Shown in pieces: positions 1 to 8,690 of a stretch of 64,000 nucleotides of DNA (its first letter is position 1; each line of letters starts with the position of its first letter). The DNA is from a virus: IMG/VR virus record IMGVR_UViG_3300045988_167582, one strand, 5' to 3'. The notes beneath the pieces were generated by a model that was given only the letters and a program-made list of their open reading frames with translations, was not told the origin of the DNA and made no database searches. The position numbers and the translations under genes are program-made.

Positions 1-489
1 GCATCCATCGGAAAGATGTGTTTTAATCTTTTGTACTTGCTGAAACAAGATGATGATAACGAATCAAAAGAAAGGGATTTCAAAAGAGAACCAATCAAAA
101 TATATGTAAACTCATATGGTGGAGAAGTGTATGATATGTGGGCTTTGATAGACATTATTGAGAAATCTAAAACACCAATTTATACATACTGTACTGGATA
201 CGCAATGAGTGCAGCATTTAAGATATTTTTAGCAGGGCATAAAAGATTTGGAACGAAACATTCAACATTTATGTATCATCAGATGAATTGTTATAGATAT
301 GGGAAATATCAGGATTTAGTAGAAGACAGAAAAGAAATGGATTTCCTTAATACTGCTAACGAACAATATGTCATTGAAAGAACCAAAATTCCGCAGGAAT
401 ACATAAATGAAATCAGAGAGAAAAAGAGAGATACATATTTTCACGCAGACGAAGCGTTAATGTTCGGAATCATTGACGAAATAATTTAA
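1..489 (+). CDS. ClpP-family serine protease, paralog 1 (5' end cut by window edge)
   Basis: Frame is open from nt 1. Motifs YVNSYGGEV, TGYAMSAAF (Ser), FMYHQMN (His) and RDTYFHADEALMFGIIDEI are present. Aligns with the second copy at 26694-27335. Confidence 0.75.
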   Translation, partial: ASIGKMCFNLLYLLKQDDDNESKERDFKREPIKIYVNSYGGEVYDMWALIDIIEKSKTPIYTYCTGYAMSAAFKIFLAGHKRFGTKHSTFMYHQMNCYRYGKYQDLVEDRKEMDFLNTANEQYVIERTKIPQEYINEIREKKRDTYFHADEALMFGIIDEII

Positions 490-494
490 GGTCA

Positions 495-881
495 TTAAAG
501 AGAGTCGCTACTATTTCCTTCGCGCCTGTTCCATAACTTTGCTACAAAATCGGCAGCAGATTCTTTGCCATCATAGTTACAATCTTGGGGATTGATTGAA
601 CCGTTATTACCAAAAGTCATCTGAGTGGTTCTGGCGCGGCAATTTTTGCACTCAATCCAGATAGCCCATTGAAAGTAGGCGCTTGTGTTTAGTTTTATTA
701 TGGCTGTGCCGTTACAGAATGGGCACGGCAATAGTTGTTTGACTTGGAGTTCCACGTAATACTTTCTTTCACAATAACATTTAAAAATATAATCTGCAGT
801 TAGTTGTGTAATATACGTAATAGTTAGGAGAAATACTTTTATGCTTGATATTATTTTGAAAAGCGGGAAGGATGATGACAA
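495..881 (-). CDS. lar: Lar-family restriction-alleviation-like zinc-ribbon protein (true start probably GTG near 755)
   Basis: LLPCPFCNG...ECKNCRAR...AKLWNRR matches the Lar signature (CPFCG, CxxC, WNRR). It is a lone minus-strand gene among plus-strand genes. Confidence 0.6.
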   Translation of the reverse strand: MSSSFPLFKIISSIKVFLLTITYITQLTADYIFKCYCERKYYVELQVKQLLPCPFCNGTAIIKLNTSAYFQWAIWIECKNCRARTTQMTFGNNGSINPQDCNYDGKESAADFVAKLWNRREGNSSDSL

Positions 882-1732
882 TTGAAGAGGCTGATAAGTC
901 TTTATTTGGAGAAATTATTATGAGCCACAAAATGAATTACATACCGTTTATAAGTTCTTATGACGATATACGAGCAGAGATGAATGACGACCTACAATAT
1001 AGACTGAAAAGCCGAACGTCAAAAACATCCCTTGGACGACCTCTGTATTATCGTATCAATATTCAGTTAATTACGACACAAGAATGCCCATTTCATTGCC
1101 CGTTTTGCTTAGAAAGACAACATCCGATGACAGGGGATAATAATTTTCCAGCTCAAATCGAAGCGCTCAAAAAGGTCTTAGGCGAACATCCGAACGCGCG
1201 ACTAACAATTACCGGCGGCGAGCCCGGGCTGTATCCGAAACATATTGAGGATGTGGTCACGGCGTATAAAGAAAGCGGCAACAACGTATTTTGCTCAATC
1301 AATACCGCAGGATATAGCACAGCCATAAACGATTTAGCTCACATAAATCTTTCACATAACGATTTTGTACATCAAAATCCCAATAAATTTCCGGGGTGTA
1401 CCGTTCAAACAGTCGCGGACAATCTGTCGGTTCGGTTTATTAAGGACTTTATGCGGATGAACGCTTATAGCTTTTCATTTCGATTTATGAGCGGCATGGA
1501 GAAAAAAGACTATCCAATAGACGTATGGAATGAATTGCAAAATGACGTAGAGATAGATGTAGGCACTTTTAGAATAGGAGATTTTTTCGTTTATTCGACG
1601 TTCAGCTATGCAGGCAAACGCGCTCGCATAACACTCGGTGATATGTGGCAGCAACAGCACAACGATTACCGTGACGGTTATTCTAATATCATCATTCATC
1701 CGAACGGTCATATTGCAACGAATTGGAGGTAA
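872..1732 (+). CDS. Radical SAM protein of unknown specificity (likely start ATG 920 after GGAGA)
   Basis: CPFHCPFC is a CX3CX2C cluster motif, followed by LTITGGEPGLYP (SAM-binding GGE motif). No SPASM or other accessory domain is seen. Confidence 0.7.
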   Translation: MMTIEEADKSLFGEIIMSHKMNYIPFISSYDDIRAEMNDDLQYRLKSRTSKTSLGRPLYYRINIQLITTQECPFHCPFCLERQHPMTGDNNFPAQIEALKKVLGEHPNARLTITGGEPGLYPKHIEDVVTAYKESGNNVFCSINTAGYSTAINDLAHINLSHNDFVHQNPNKFPGCTVQTVADNLSVRFIKDFMRMNAYSFSFRFMSGMEKKDYPIDVWNELQNDVEIDVGTFRIGDFFVYSTFSYAGKRARITLGDMWQQQHNDYRDGYSNIIIHPNGHIATNWR

Positions 1733-1737
1733 AAATC

Positions 1738-2016
1738 ATGAATAGCGAAAAGGGGTTTATAGTTTATGAAGATAGCGGAACAAGTTTTAAAAATTGCAAA
1801 ACATCCGAAAAATGGTTCTCGACATATGATGACGCGATGGAATATGCGATAAAGATTGTACAAAGAAGAACAAGCGAGTTCAAAATTGGTATTGGTATTA
1901 ACAGCTCATTGACGGTATATGAAGGAGTAGAAGCAATTCTGCATAAACCGCATTTAGTTCCATGCGGTAAGGTCGCTTTTAGTTGGCATACCTACGCTCA
2001 GATATTCAGAGAATGA
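1738..2016 (+). CDS. hypothetical protein
   Basis: GGAGG 7 nt upstream of the ATG. Tightly packed with co-directional neighbours. Confidence 0.5.
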   Translation: MNSEKGFIVYEDSGTSFKNCKTSEKWFSTYDDAMEYAIKIVQRRTSEFKIGIGINSSLTVYEGVEAILHKPHLVPCGKVAFSWHTYAQIFRE

Positions 2017-2076
2017 GGCGAAAAGCTTGCATATTAGCTGAAAAATTATAGAGTACTACGAGGAGGTTAGATTTGT

Positions 2077-2361
2077 ATGGAGAAAGATAACAAAAGGATT
2101 GTCATAAACTTATCCAATGGCTTTAGGTTGGTAGCGGAGCAGAGCCAAGACCCAGAGTTTCGGAATGAGATTTATGTCGGGATTGAAACTGATGACGGCG
2201 TATATTATCAAGATTTGGCTGTAATAAGAAATGCGTATTCAATCAACGAAAATCTCCGGGTTGTCTGGAACCCAGATATATTGGAAGTCCTCGTTTATGC
2301 AGATAAAAACGATGAGGATTACACAAATAAGTATTCCGTTGGTATCAGGGAAGACACTTAA
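2077..2361 (+). CDS. hypothetical protein
   Basis: GAGGAGG SD upstream. No recognisable motif. Confidence 0.5.
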   Translation: MEKDNKRIVINLSNGFRLVAEQSQDPEFRNEIYVGIETDDGVYYQDLAVIRNAYSINENLRVVWNPDILEVLVYADKNDEDYTNKYSVGIREDT

Positions 2362-2424
2362 ATAATTATGAGAGGTATTAAGGCGAGAAACCCAAGAGTG
2401 TATTGAAGAAACGAGGTATTGAAG

Positions 2425-2841
2425 ATGAGTGTATCTTATTGGATGTGTCAGGGTGTAGGTATCCGCACAAATAAATTATTACCATTTTTAAGCACATATA
2501 AATGTGTTCAGTTTATGAAAACACAGTTACCGGATGAAGATATTCAGGAAGACAAGTTTGATATTGATGACTATCTTTATGGCGAGCCTTTTGATAATCT
2601 TGCCGAGATGTTTACTGTTTGCGATAATACAGACTCATTAACATATGGCGATAATGGTGACGGCGAGTACTACTTTTATTATATGCCTACCTATCCGTGG
2701 GAGCGAACAGATAACGAACCGACAAGTATTGAGGAAGTACATAAACGTATTATTGATGCCGTTCTCTGTTTATGCGATATAACTGAAGAACAGGTTAACG
2801 CATTGATTGATGACGATATTTATGATTTGGGGTGTGGCTAA
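2425..2841 (+). CDS. hypothetical acidic protein
   Basis: ATG preceded by ACGAGGT. D/E-rich sequence. Confidence 0.45.
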   Translation: MSVSYWMCQGVGIRTNKLLPFLSTYKCVQFMKTQLPDEDIQEDKFDIDDYLYGEPFDNLAEMFTVCDNTDSLTYGDNGDGEYYFYYMPTYPWERTDNEPTSIEEVHKRIIDAVLCLCDITEEQVNALIDDDIYDLGCG

Positions 2842-2845
2842 CAAT

Positions 2846-3130
2846 ATGATTACAAATGTAGCTGACGCGTTAGCTCCCTTTTTCTCCGGCGACAAACAGT
2901 TGGACGAGGCAATTGCAGATGTTTGCAAATTGTTTCTCAAAACGTTTGAGGACGAAACCTTTATGTGTAAAGGATGTGGGAAAATCATATTTCCGAAAGT
3001 TACAGTGAATGAGCACGGAATTTTTATTGAAAGCGGTCGTGCTGAGATTAGAGGCGGCAAAGAAAATTACTGCATCGAAAGAGATATATGTGAAGAATGT
3101 GTCAAGAGAGTAAGTGTAATTAGGTGGTGA
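2846..3130 (+). CDS. hypothetical zinc-ribbon protein
   Basis: CKGCG...CEEC cysteine pairs. Starts 5 nt after the previous stop. Confidence 0.45.
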   Translation: MITNVADALAPFFSGDKQLDEAIADVCKLFLKTFEDETFMCKGCGKIIFPKVTVNEHGIFIESGRAEIRGGKENYCIERDICEECVKRVSVIRW

Positions 3131-3195
3131 CATATATGGTCAGTGAAAAGGACTTTATGATTTTTGTAGTTATGGGAACATAAAAGGAGAAAGAA

Positions 3196-3753
3196 ATGAG
3201 ACGAATTAAAACTATAAAAGTAAAGATAGCTACGAAGCCAAATATACATATTGGAGACCACTTTGTTTATAAAGATATTGAATGGATATGTTTAGACATC
3301 ATTAACGGCAACTGCCTTGCAATCACTGCAAAAGTATGGAAGGAACTTCCGTTTAATGTTGGTAACCACAACAACTGGGAGAAGTCATCCTTACGTACAA
3401 TGTTGAATTATATGTTTCTTGACAATCTTTATAAAGGACACCTTGTAATGCAGACATCTGACATGATAGCAGATAACGGAGACAAACAGTACGGCTCTTG
3501 TGAAGATTATGTAACGATACTGTCTTGCGACCAGTATCGTAAATATAGAGACCTTGTGCCGAACTACCCTGAATGTATGTGGACATTAACTCCGTGGAGC
3601 TGTTTCAGCGGCACCGGTTATGTTCGCTTTGTCCGTCCGACGGGTAACATTGATGACGGCAGTGCTTGCCTCTGTTACGGAGTCGCCCCTGTGGTTTTGT
3701 TTTCGTTTGAAATACTTAAGTCACTTAGGTGTTTAAAAAACCAAATCAATTAG
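3196..3753 (+). CDS. hypothetical protein, DUF6273-like
   Basis: AAGGAGA SD. NNWEKSSLRTMLNYMFLDNL resembles the N-W-x-S-LR-x-LN motif of that family, from memory. Confidence 0.45.
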   Translation: MRRIKTIKVKIATKPNIHIGDHFVYKDIEWICLDIINGNCLAITAKVWKELPFNVGNHNNWEKSSLRTMLNYMFLDNLYKGHLVMQTSDMIADNGDKQYGSCEDYVTILSCDQYRKYRDLVPNYPECMWTLTPWSCFSGTGYVRFVRPTGNIDDGSACLCYGVAPVVLFSFEILKSLRCLKNQIN

Positions 3754-3912
3754 GAAAGTAGTTGCAGATGAAACATAAAGTAGAGTTAGTGCATAACTTA
3801 ATGTATAAAGGTTGTGAGCCACATTGGCATTGTACACAGTGTGATATTTACATACCAATTCATTGCTATAGTAAAAAAGAAATAGAAAATATGAATTGTG
3901 AGGGGAATAGGA

Positions 3913-4203
3913 ATGACAAATGAGAAGCTTACAGATGAAGAAGTGCTAAAAGGCTTGAATGAATTAAGTCAATGTGCAGGCTTAAAGATACACGTAATAC
4001 AAATACTTAAGGGAGCAATTGACCTTCTCAATTGTCAAAAGGCAAAGATTATAAAATTAGAATATTACAATGAAGATTTGCTTGCTGAAGTCAGAAAATT
4101 GAAGGGTTCTACAATAGTTAGTAACATTGTAGAACATCAGAGAATTAAAAGCGAAACAGAAGCTGAAGCATACAAAGAACTTATAGACATATTGTTGAAG
4201 TAG
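3913..4203 (+). CDS. coiled-coil protein, paralog A
   Basis: KLTDEEVLKGLNELSQCAGLKI... is duplicated at 4603-4908. Confidence 0.5.
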   Translation: MTNEKLTDEEVLKGLNELSQCAGLKIHVIQILKGAIDLLNCQKAKIIKLEYYNEDLLAEVRKLKGSTIVSNIVEHQRIKSETEAEAYKELIDILLK

Positions 4204-4433
4204 CATAAAAGGAGAATAAACAAAATGGAAGAGTATATTAGAGAAATTAAACAAATTGCAACTAAATACACAGAAAATCGATATGATGGATATTCACAGA
4301 TTATGAGAGTCTGTGATGCTATGAGAGAACAACAGAAATACTGTTTAGGGTATATGTCTAAAGATGAAATAACATCACCTCAGTTTGATTAGACTTAAAA
4401 TAAATTTCTTGATAAAACTGGAGGTAATTAAGA

Positions 4434-4625
4434 ATGACAAACTATGAACAAATTAAGAATATGAGTATTGAAGAAATGTCAGACTATTTTAACGAAATAT
4501 TTGATTGTCGTAATTGTCCAAATGATAGGTTTTTATGTGAAGGTAACGGCTATGTATGCACAAAGTATATTAAGCAATGGCTTGAAAGTGAGGCTAAACA
4601 AAATGCCGAAAGTAATAAAAAATAA
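4434..4625 (+). CDS. small Cys-containing hypothetical protein
   Basis: GGAGG SD. CRNCPNDRFLCEGNGYVC cysteine cluster. Confidence 0.5.
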   Translation: MTNYEQIKNMSIEEMSDYFNEIFDCRNCPNDRFLCEGNGYVCTKYIKQWLESEAKQNAESNKK

Positions 4626-4908
4626 AAAGCTTACAGATGAAAAAGTAATAAAAGGCTTGAATGAATTAAGTCAATACACAGGTTTGAAAATACAAATAGC
4701 ACAAACGCTTAAAGAAGCTATCGACCTTATCAAACGCCAAAAGTCGGAAATTGAGAGGTTGAAATCAGCTAACGATGAAAAATTTCGCCAATGGGATATG
4801 CTTGCAGAAAAGACAAAACAGCATTATGCTGATTTATACAACGAAGCAAAGGATATACTTAAAGCCGAAGCATACAAAGAGTTTGCAGAGGAGTTAAAAA
4901 CATATTAA
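4603..4908 (+). CDS. coiled-coil protein, paralog B
   Basis: KLTDEKVIKGLNELSQYTGLKI... parallels paralog A. The internal ATG 4603 after GTGAGG is preferred over the ORF-track start 4468. Confidence 0.5.
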   Translation: MPKVIKNKKLTDEKVIKGLNELSQYTGLKIQIAQTLKEAIDLIKRQKSEIERLKSANDEKFRQWDMLAEKTKQHYADLYNEAKDILKAEAYKEFAEELKTY

Positions 4909-5231
4909 GAAACATTCCAAAATGGAATGTTAAAAAATTAAACTTTAATAATGTCGGCTTTTCCTATGATGATGTGTTTTTTAGTATCGACAATCTCTTA
5001 AAAGAAATGTTAGGTGAAGAGTGATGAATGAAGGAAAATTAAAGTTTGGTATTGATATTACAAAAAATGATAGAGGAATTTGGTCTTTTGGTGTTTGTTT
5101 ATCACACTACGAAGATGAAACTTATATCTTTGTTAATTTTCATAGATATTCAATAACAATTGGTAAGTTTTATAAGTAAAGAAGTGACAACAATACGGAA
5201 TGAGAATTGAGGAATAAAGGAGAAAAATCTA

Positions 5232-5462
5232 ATGAAAAAGACAATGCTGAAAACAATCAGTAAGGGGGTCGCACAATGGTGTTCATATTATCGAGCCAAT
5301 CCTCATCGTTTCGCAAAGGACTATCTACATCTTAACTTACACTTGTTCCAAAAAATTCTTATTGTAATGATGAACTGGTCTACGACTACTGCATTCAGAG
5401 GTATGACAATGTTCATTTGGCTCACATGTCCGACTATCGGACAGGTACTTGTATGGCTTTAA
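5232..5462 (+). pseudogene. N-terminal fragment resembling a terminase large subunit
   Basis: YYRANPHRFAKDYLHLNLHLFQKILIVMMN resembles the conserved N-terminus of large terminases. The reading frame degenerates where Walker A (RG.GK) is expected, and it lies far from the packaging module. Confidence 0.4.
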
Positions 5463-5475
5463 CAGAGGTGCCCTT

Positions 5476-6498
5476 ATGACAATCGAAGAAATTAAGAACA
5501 TGGTTGAAAAAGAGAAATATGATTTTCTACGAACCAACCCGCATTTATCAGGAAGGTTGGTCTTCCTGACACTTGGCGGAAGTTACGCATACGGAACGAA
5601 CGTAGAAACCTCCGATGTAGATATTCGTGGCTGTGCTCTGAATCGCAAGAGCGATTTGCTTGGGTTATCTAATTTTGAACAGGTGGTTAATACCGAAACG
5701 GATACCACCGTTTATAGTTTTAATAAGTTGGTAAACTTACTGATTAACTGCAACCCGAATACAATTGAGCTCCTTGGATGTAAACCTGAACACTATTTCC
5801 TGCTTACCGATGTTGGCAGACAGATGATTGAAAATAGGGGGCTTTTCTTATCACAGAAGGCAGTTGCGTCTTTTGGCGGTTATGCTACGCAGCAGTTGCG
5901 TAGGCTCCAAAATACTCTCGCCAGAGATAGGGTTTCTCAAGCCCAGACGGAAGAACATATCAAAGGGGCGTTGGAACGTTCCATTAAATCCTTTGAGAAC
6001 AAGTTTACCTCGTTTGAAAATGGTGGAATTAAACTCTTGACCGACAAAAGCCAGCGTGACGACCTTGATTTGGAGGTTTACTGCAACATTCATATTGATA
6101 AATACCCGGCGAGGGAGTTTCAAACATTGCTTAACACACTTTCCTCTGTTATCGGGAACTACGAAAAGTTGAATCATAGAAATCATAAGAAAGACGATGC
6201 ACACCTTAATAAACACGCTATGCATCTTATCAGGTTGTACCTCATGTGCTTAGATATTCTCGAGAAACAAGAAATCTGTACCTATCGTGAAAATGATAGA
6301 GACTTTTTGCTGAGTATCAGAAATGGTGCGTTTCAGAATGAGGATGGAACATACAAACAGGAATTCTTTGAATTGGTTTCTGATTATGAAGCCCGTCTTC
6401 GGTATGCGAAAGAGAATACCAGTCTCCCAGAAAAGCCCAACATGAAACGAATCGAGGAATTTGTGGTGAGTGTAAATGAGAAATCAGTCAATCTCTAA
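5476..6498 (+). CDS. Pol-beta superfamily nucleotidyltransferase, RlaP-like (RNA-repair-associated family)
   Basis: LGGSYAYGTNVETSDVDIRG is the GS-x-YG-x(5)-SDxD motif. NCNPNTIELL is also present. AGAGGTG SD before ATG 5476. Confidence 0.6.
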   Translation: MTIEEIKNMVEKEKYDFLRTNPHLSGRLVFLTLGGSYAYGTNVETSDVDIRGCALNRKSDLLGLSNFEQVVNTETDTTVYSFNKLVNLLINCNPNTIELLGCKPEHYFLLTDVGRQMIENRGLFLSQKAVASFGGYATQQLRRLQNTLARDRVSQAQTEEHIKGALERSIKSFENKFTSFENGGIKLLTDKSQRDDLDLEVYCNIHIDKYPAREFQTLLNTLSSVIGNYEKLNHRNHKKDDAHLNKHAMHLIRLYLMCLDILEKQEICTYRENDRDFLLSIRNGAFQNEDGTYKQEFFELVSDYEARLRYAKENTSLPEKPNMKRIEEFVVSVNEKSVNL

Positions 6499-7840
6499 AA
6501 TCAATATGCCGGTCGGCGCCAAGAGAATCATTGAGAACCTGACAAAACATGGTTTTGAAGCGTATGTGGTCGGAGGGTGTGTTAGAGATAGTTTGCTCGG
6601 CTATTCTCCAAAGGACTGGGATATTTGCACCTCTGCAACTCCTGAAGTTATCAAAGAACTGCATAACCGCACGATTGATACTGGACTAAAGCATGGGACA
6701 GTAAGTGTAGTCGAAAGCGACGGGATTTACGAGGTTACAACATTCAGAGTGGATGGGGTGTACAGCGATAATCGAAGACCGGATACGGTTGAATTTGTGA
6801 CAGACCTGAAAATGGATTTATCCAGACGGGATTTCACCATCAATGCGATGGCATATAACGATGAAGCTGGAATAATCGACTATTACGGCGGGCTTTCGGA
6901 TTTGGCAGAGCACAAAATAAAGTGTGTCGGCAGCGCCGGTGACAGATTTGATGAGGACGCGCTGCGAATTTTACGGGCAATTCGTTTTTCGTCTGTATAT
7001 GGTTTCTCAGTCGAGCACGATACATCAAAAGCCATTCACGATAAGGCGGCGCTTCTCCAGAACATTGCGAGTGAACGAATCCGGAGTGAGCTGTGTAAAA
7101 CAATTGTATTCGGGCAGAGAACAGCGGATGTTCTCTTGGAATATTCCGATGTGGTGTCAATAATAATCCCGGAGATTGAACCCTGTATCGGATTTGTTCA
7201 GAACAACAGATTCCACAAGTACGATGTGTATGAACACATGGTACGAGCGATGGAGGCATACGCAGGTCATGACTTGTCGGTAAAATTTGCTCTGCTTATC
7301 CATGACATCGGAAAGCCGCTGTGCTATACCGAGGATGAAAACGGAGGTCATTTTTATGGTCACTCCGTCCCGTCGCACGATATTGCAGAACAAGTGGTAG
7401 ACAGGTTGAAATTCGATAACAAAACTAAAGATGAGGTTCTTGAACTGGTTTTATATCATGATTCCGCGATAGAGCCTACTGCCAAGACCGTGAAGCGGTG
7501 GCTCAACAGAATTGGAGCAGAAAGACTCTCTCAGCTCTTGGATGTCAAAATGGCTGATATCGCAGCCCACGCAGATAATACACAGACGGAAAGAATCAAT
7601 CAATATCTATCTGTGAGGGAAATTGCTAAAGAGGTTATTGCATCAGAACAATGTTTCCAGCTCAAGGATTTGGAGATTAACGGGCGAGATGTCATGTCTC
7701 TCGGTGTGGAGGAAGGCAGACAGGTCGGCAGAATTCTGAATTATTTGCTCGAAGGCGTAATTGCCGGTGATATTGATAACACATACGGAGCGCTGCTTAA
7801 ATATGCTCGTGAGATAATTGAAAAGGAAGTGACGAAATGA
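6476..7840 (+). CDS. cca: tRNA nucleotidyltransferase (CCA-adding enzyme) with HD domain
   Basis: VVGGCVRDSLLG, DWDICT, RRDFTINAMAY and LIHDIGKP (HD) motifs. Overlaps the upstream gene by 23 nt. Confidence 0.85.
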   Translation: MRNQSISKINMPVGAKRIIENLTKHGFEAYVVGGCVRDSLLGYSPKDWDICTSATPEVIKELHNRTIDTGLKHGTVSVVESDGIYEVTTFRVDGVYSDNRRPDTVEFVTDLKMDLSRRDFTINAMAYNDEAGIIDYYGGLSDLAEHKIKCVGSAGDRFDEDALRILRAIRFSSVYGFSVEHDTSKAIHDKAALLQNIASERIRSELCKTIVFGQRTADVLLEYSDVVSIIIPEIEPCIGFVQNNRFHKYDVYEHMVRAMEAYAGHDLSVKFALLIHDIGKPLCYTEDENGGHFYGHSVPSHDIAEQVVDRLKFDNKTKDEVLELVLYHDSAIEPTAKTVKRWLNRIGAERLSQLLDVKMADIAAHADNTQTERINQYLSVREIAKEVIASEQCFQLKDLEINGRDVMSLGVEEGRQVGRILNYLLEGVIAGDIDNTYGALLKYAREIIEKEVTK

Positions 7841-8400
7841 AATTTTACATTTCAGATACCCATTTTGGTCATCAGAACATCATTCGATATGATAATCGCC
7901 CGTTTAGTACGGCAGATGAAATGGACGAGGTTCTCATTGACCGATGGAATGATGTAGTGTCTGACGAGGATACGGTGTATGTGCTTGGTGATTTTAGCTG
8001 GCATAGAGAAGAGAAAACACTCAAAATCCTCGATAGTCTTTCAGGACACAAGGTTCTGATTAAGGGAAATCACGATAGGGTTTCGCCCAAAATTGCGAGG
8101 AGATTTGATAAGGTTTGCGACTACCTTGAGATTACGGACGGGAAAGAAAGAGTTGTGATGAGCCATTACCCGATGCCGTTTTGGAACGGGCAGTTTAGGA
8201 ACACGGTTCATCTATATGGTCATGTGCATAACTCACATCAGTGGAATGTTTGCGAGAGTTTGCGAAAAGAACTCAAGGCACTGCAGGATATTCCAATGAG
8301 AATGGTTAATGTCGGTTGCATGATGGAATGGATGGACTATACACCTCAGCCTCTCCATGTTTTAACCGATTCTTTAGGGCAGGAGGGTGAGGCGCTATGA
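7837..8400 (+). CDS. calcineurin-type metallophosphoesterase
   Basis: ISDTHFGH, VLGDFSW, KGNHD and YGHVHN motifs. ATGA start/stop overlap with cca. Confidence 0.75.
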   Translation: MKFYISDTHFGHQNIIRYDNRPFSTADEMDEVLIDRWNDVVSDEDTVYVLGDFSWHREEKTLKILDSLSGHKVLIKGNHDRVSPKIARRFDKVCDYLEITDGKERVVMSHYPMPFWNGQFRNTVHLYGHVHNSHQWNVCESLRKELKALQDIPMRMVNVGCMMEWMDYTPQPLHVLTDSLGQEGEAL

Positions 8401-8588
8401 GCAAAATCAACACGAACAAGGAAGTTGAAAAAGCAATTCTAAACGCTGCGGATATCCTGAAAAATAATGCCCTTGCATTAACACATGATATCGATTTGCA
8501 GAAGGTGTCTGGAATCAGTATTTGGATTCGGTTTGACGCCGATAGTATTCCTACGCTTGAAATTGAAAAGGATTACTTTTTGTATTGA
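8397..8588 (+). CDS. hypothetical protein
   Basis: ATGA overlap with the phosphoesterase gene. GGTGAGG SD. Confidence 0.45.
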   Translation: MSKINTNKEVEKAILNAADILKNNALALTHDIDLQKVSGISIWIRFDADSIPTLEIEKDYFLY

Positions 8589-8690
8589 TGTTGAAAAACC
8601 AGAAGCATTGTATTTGGTTGAGAGGCAATCAGATACAGTGCAATTGATGAGGCACTATAGTGTTACATCCTATAAGGGGGTTAGAATACT

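Noticed and set aside
4911-4932. Palindrome AACATTCCAAAATGGAATGTT after the second coiled-coil gene as a terminator
   Set aside because: The stem is good, but it is followed by an A-run rather than a T-run on the coding strand, so it is not called as a terminator.
6840-7393. Minus- and plus-strand alternative ORFs inside cca (139 aa, 79 aa, 78 aa)
   Set aside because: They overlap a CCA-adding enzyme gene with all canonical motifs and are treated as shadow ORFs.
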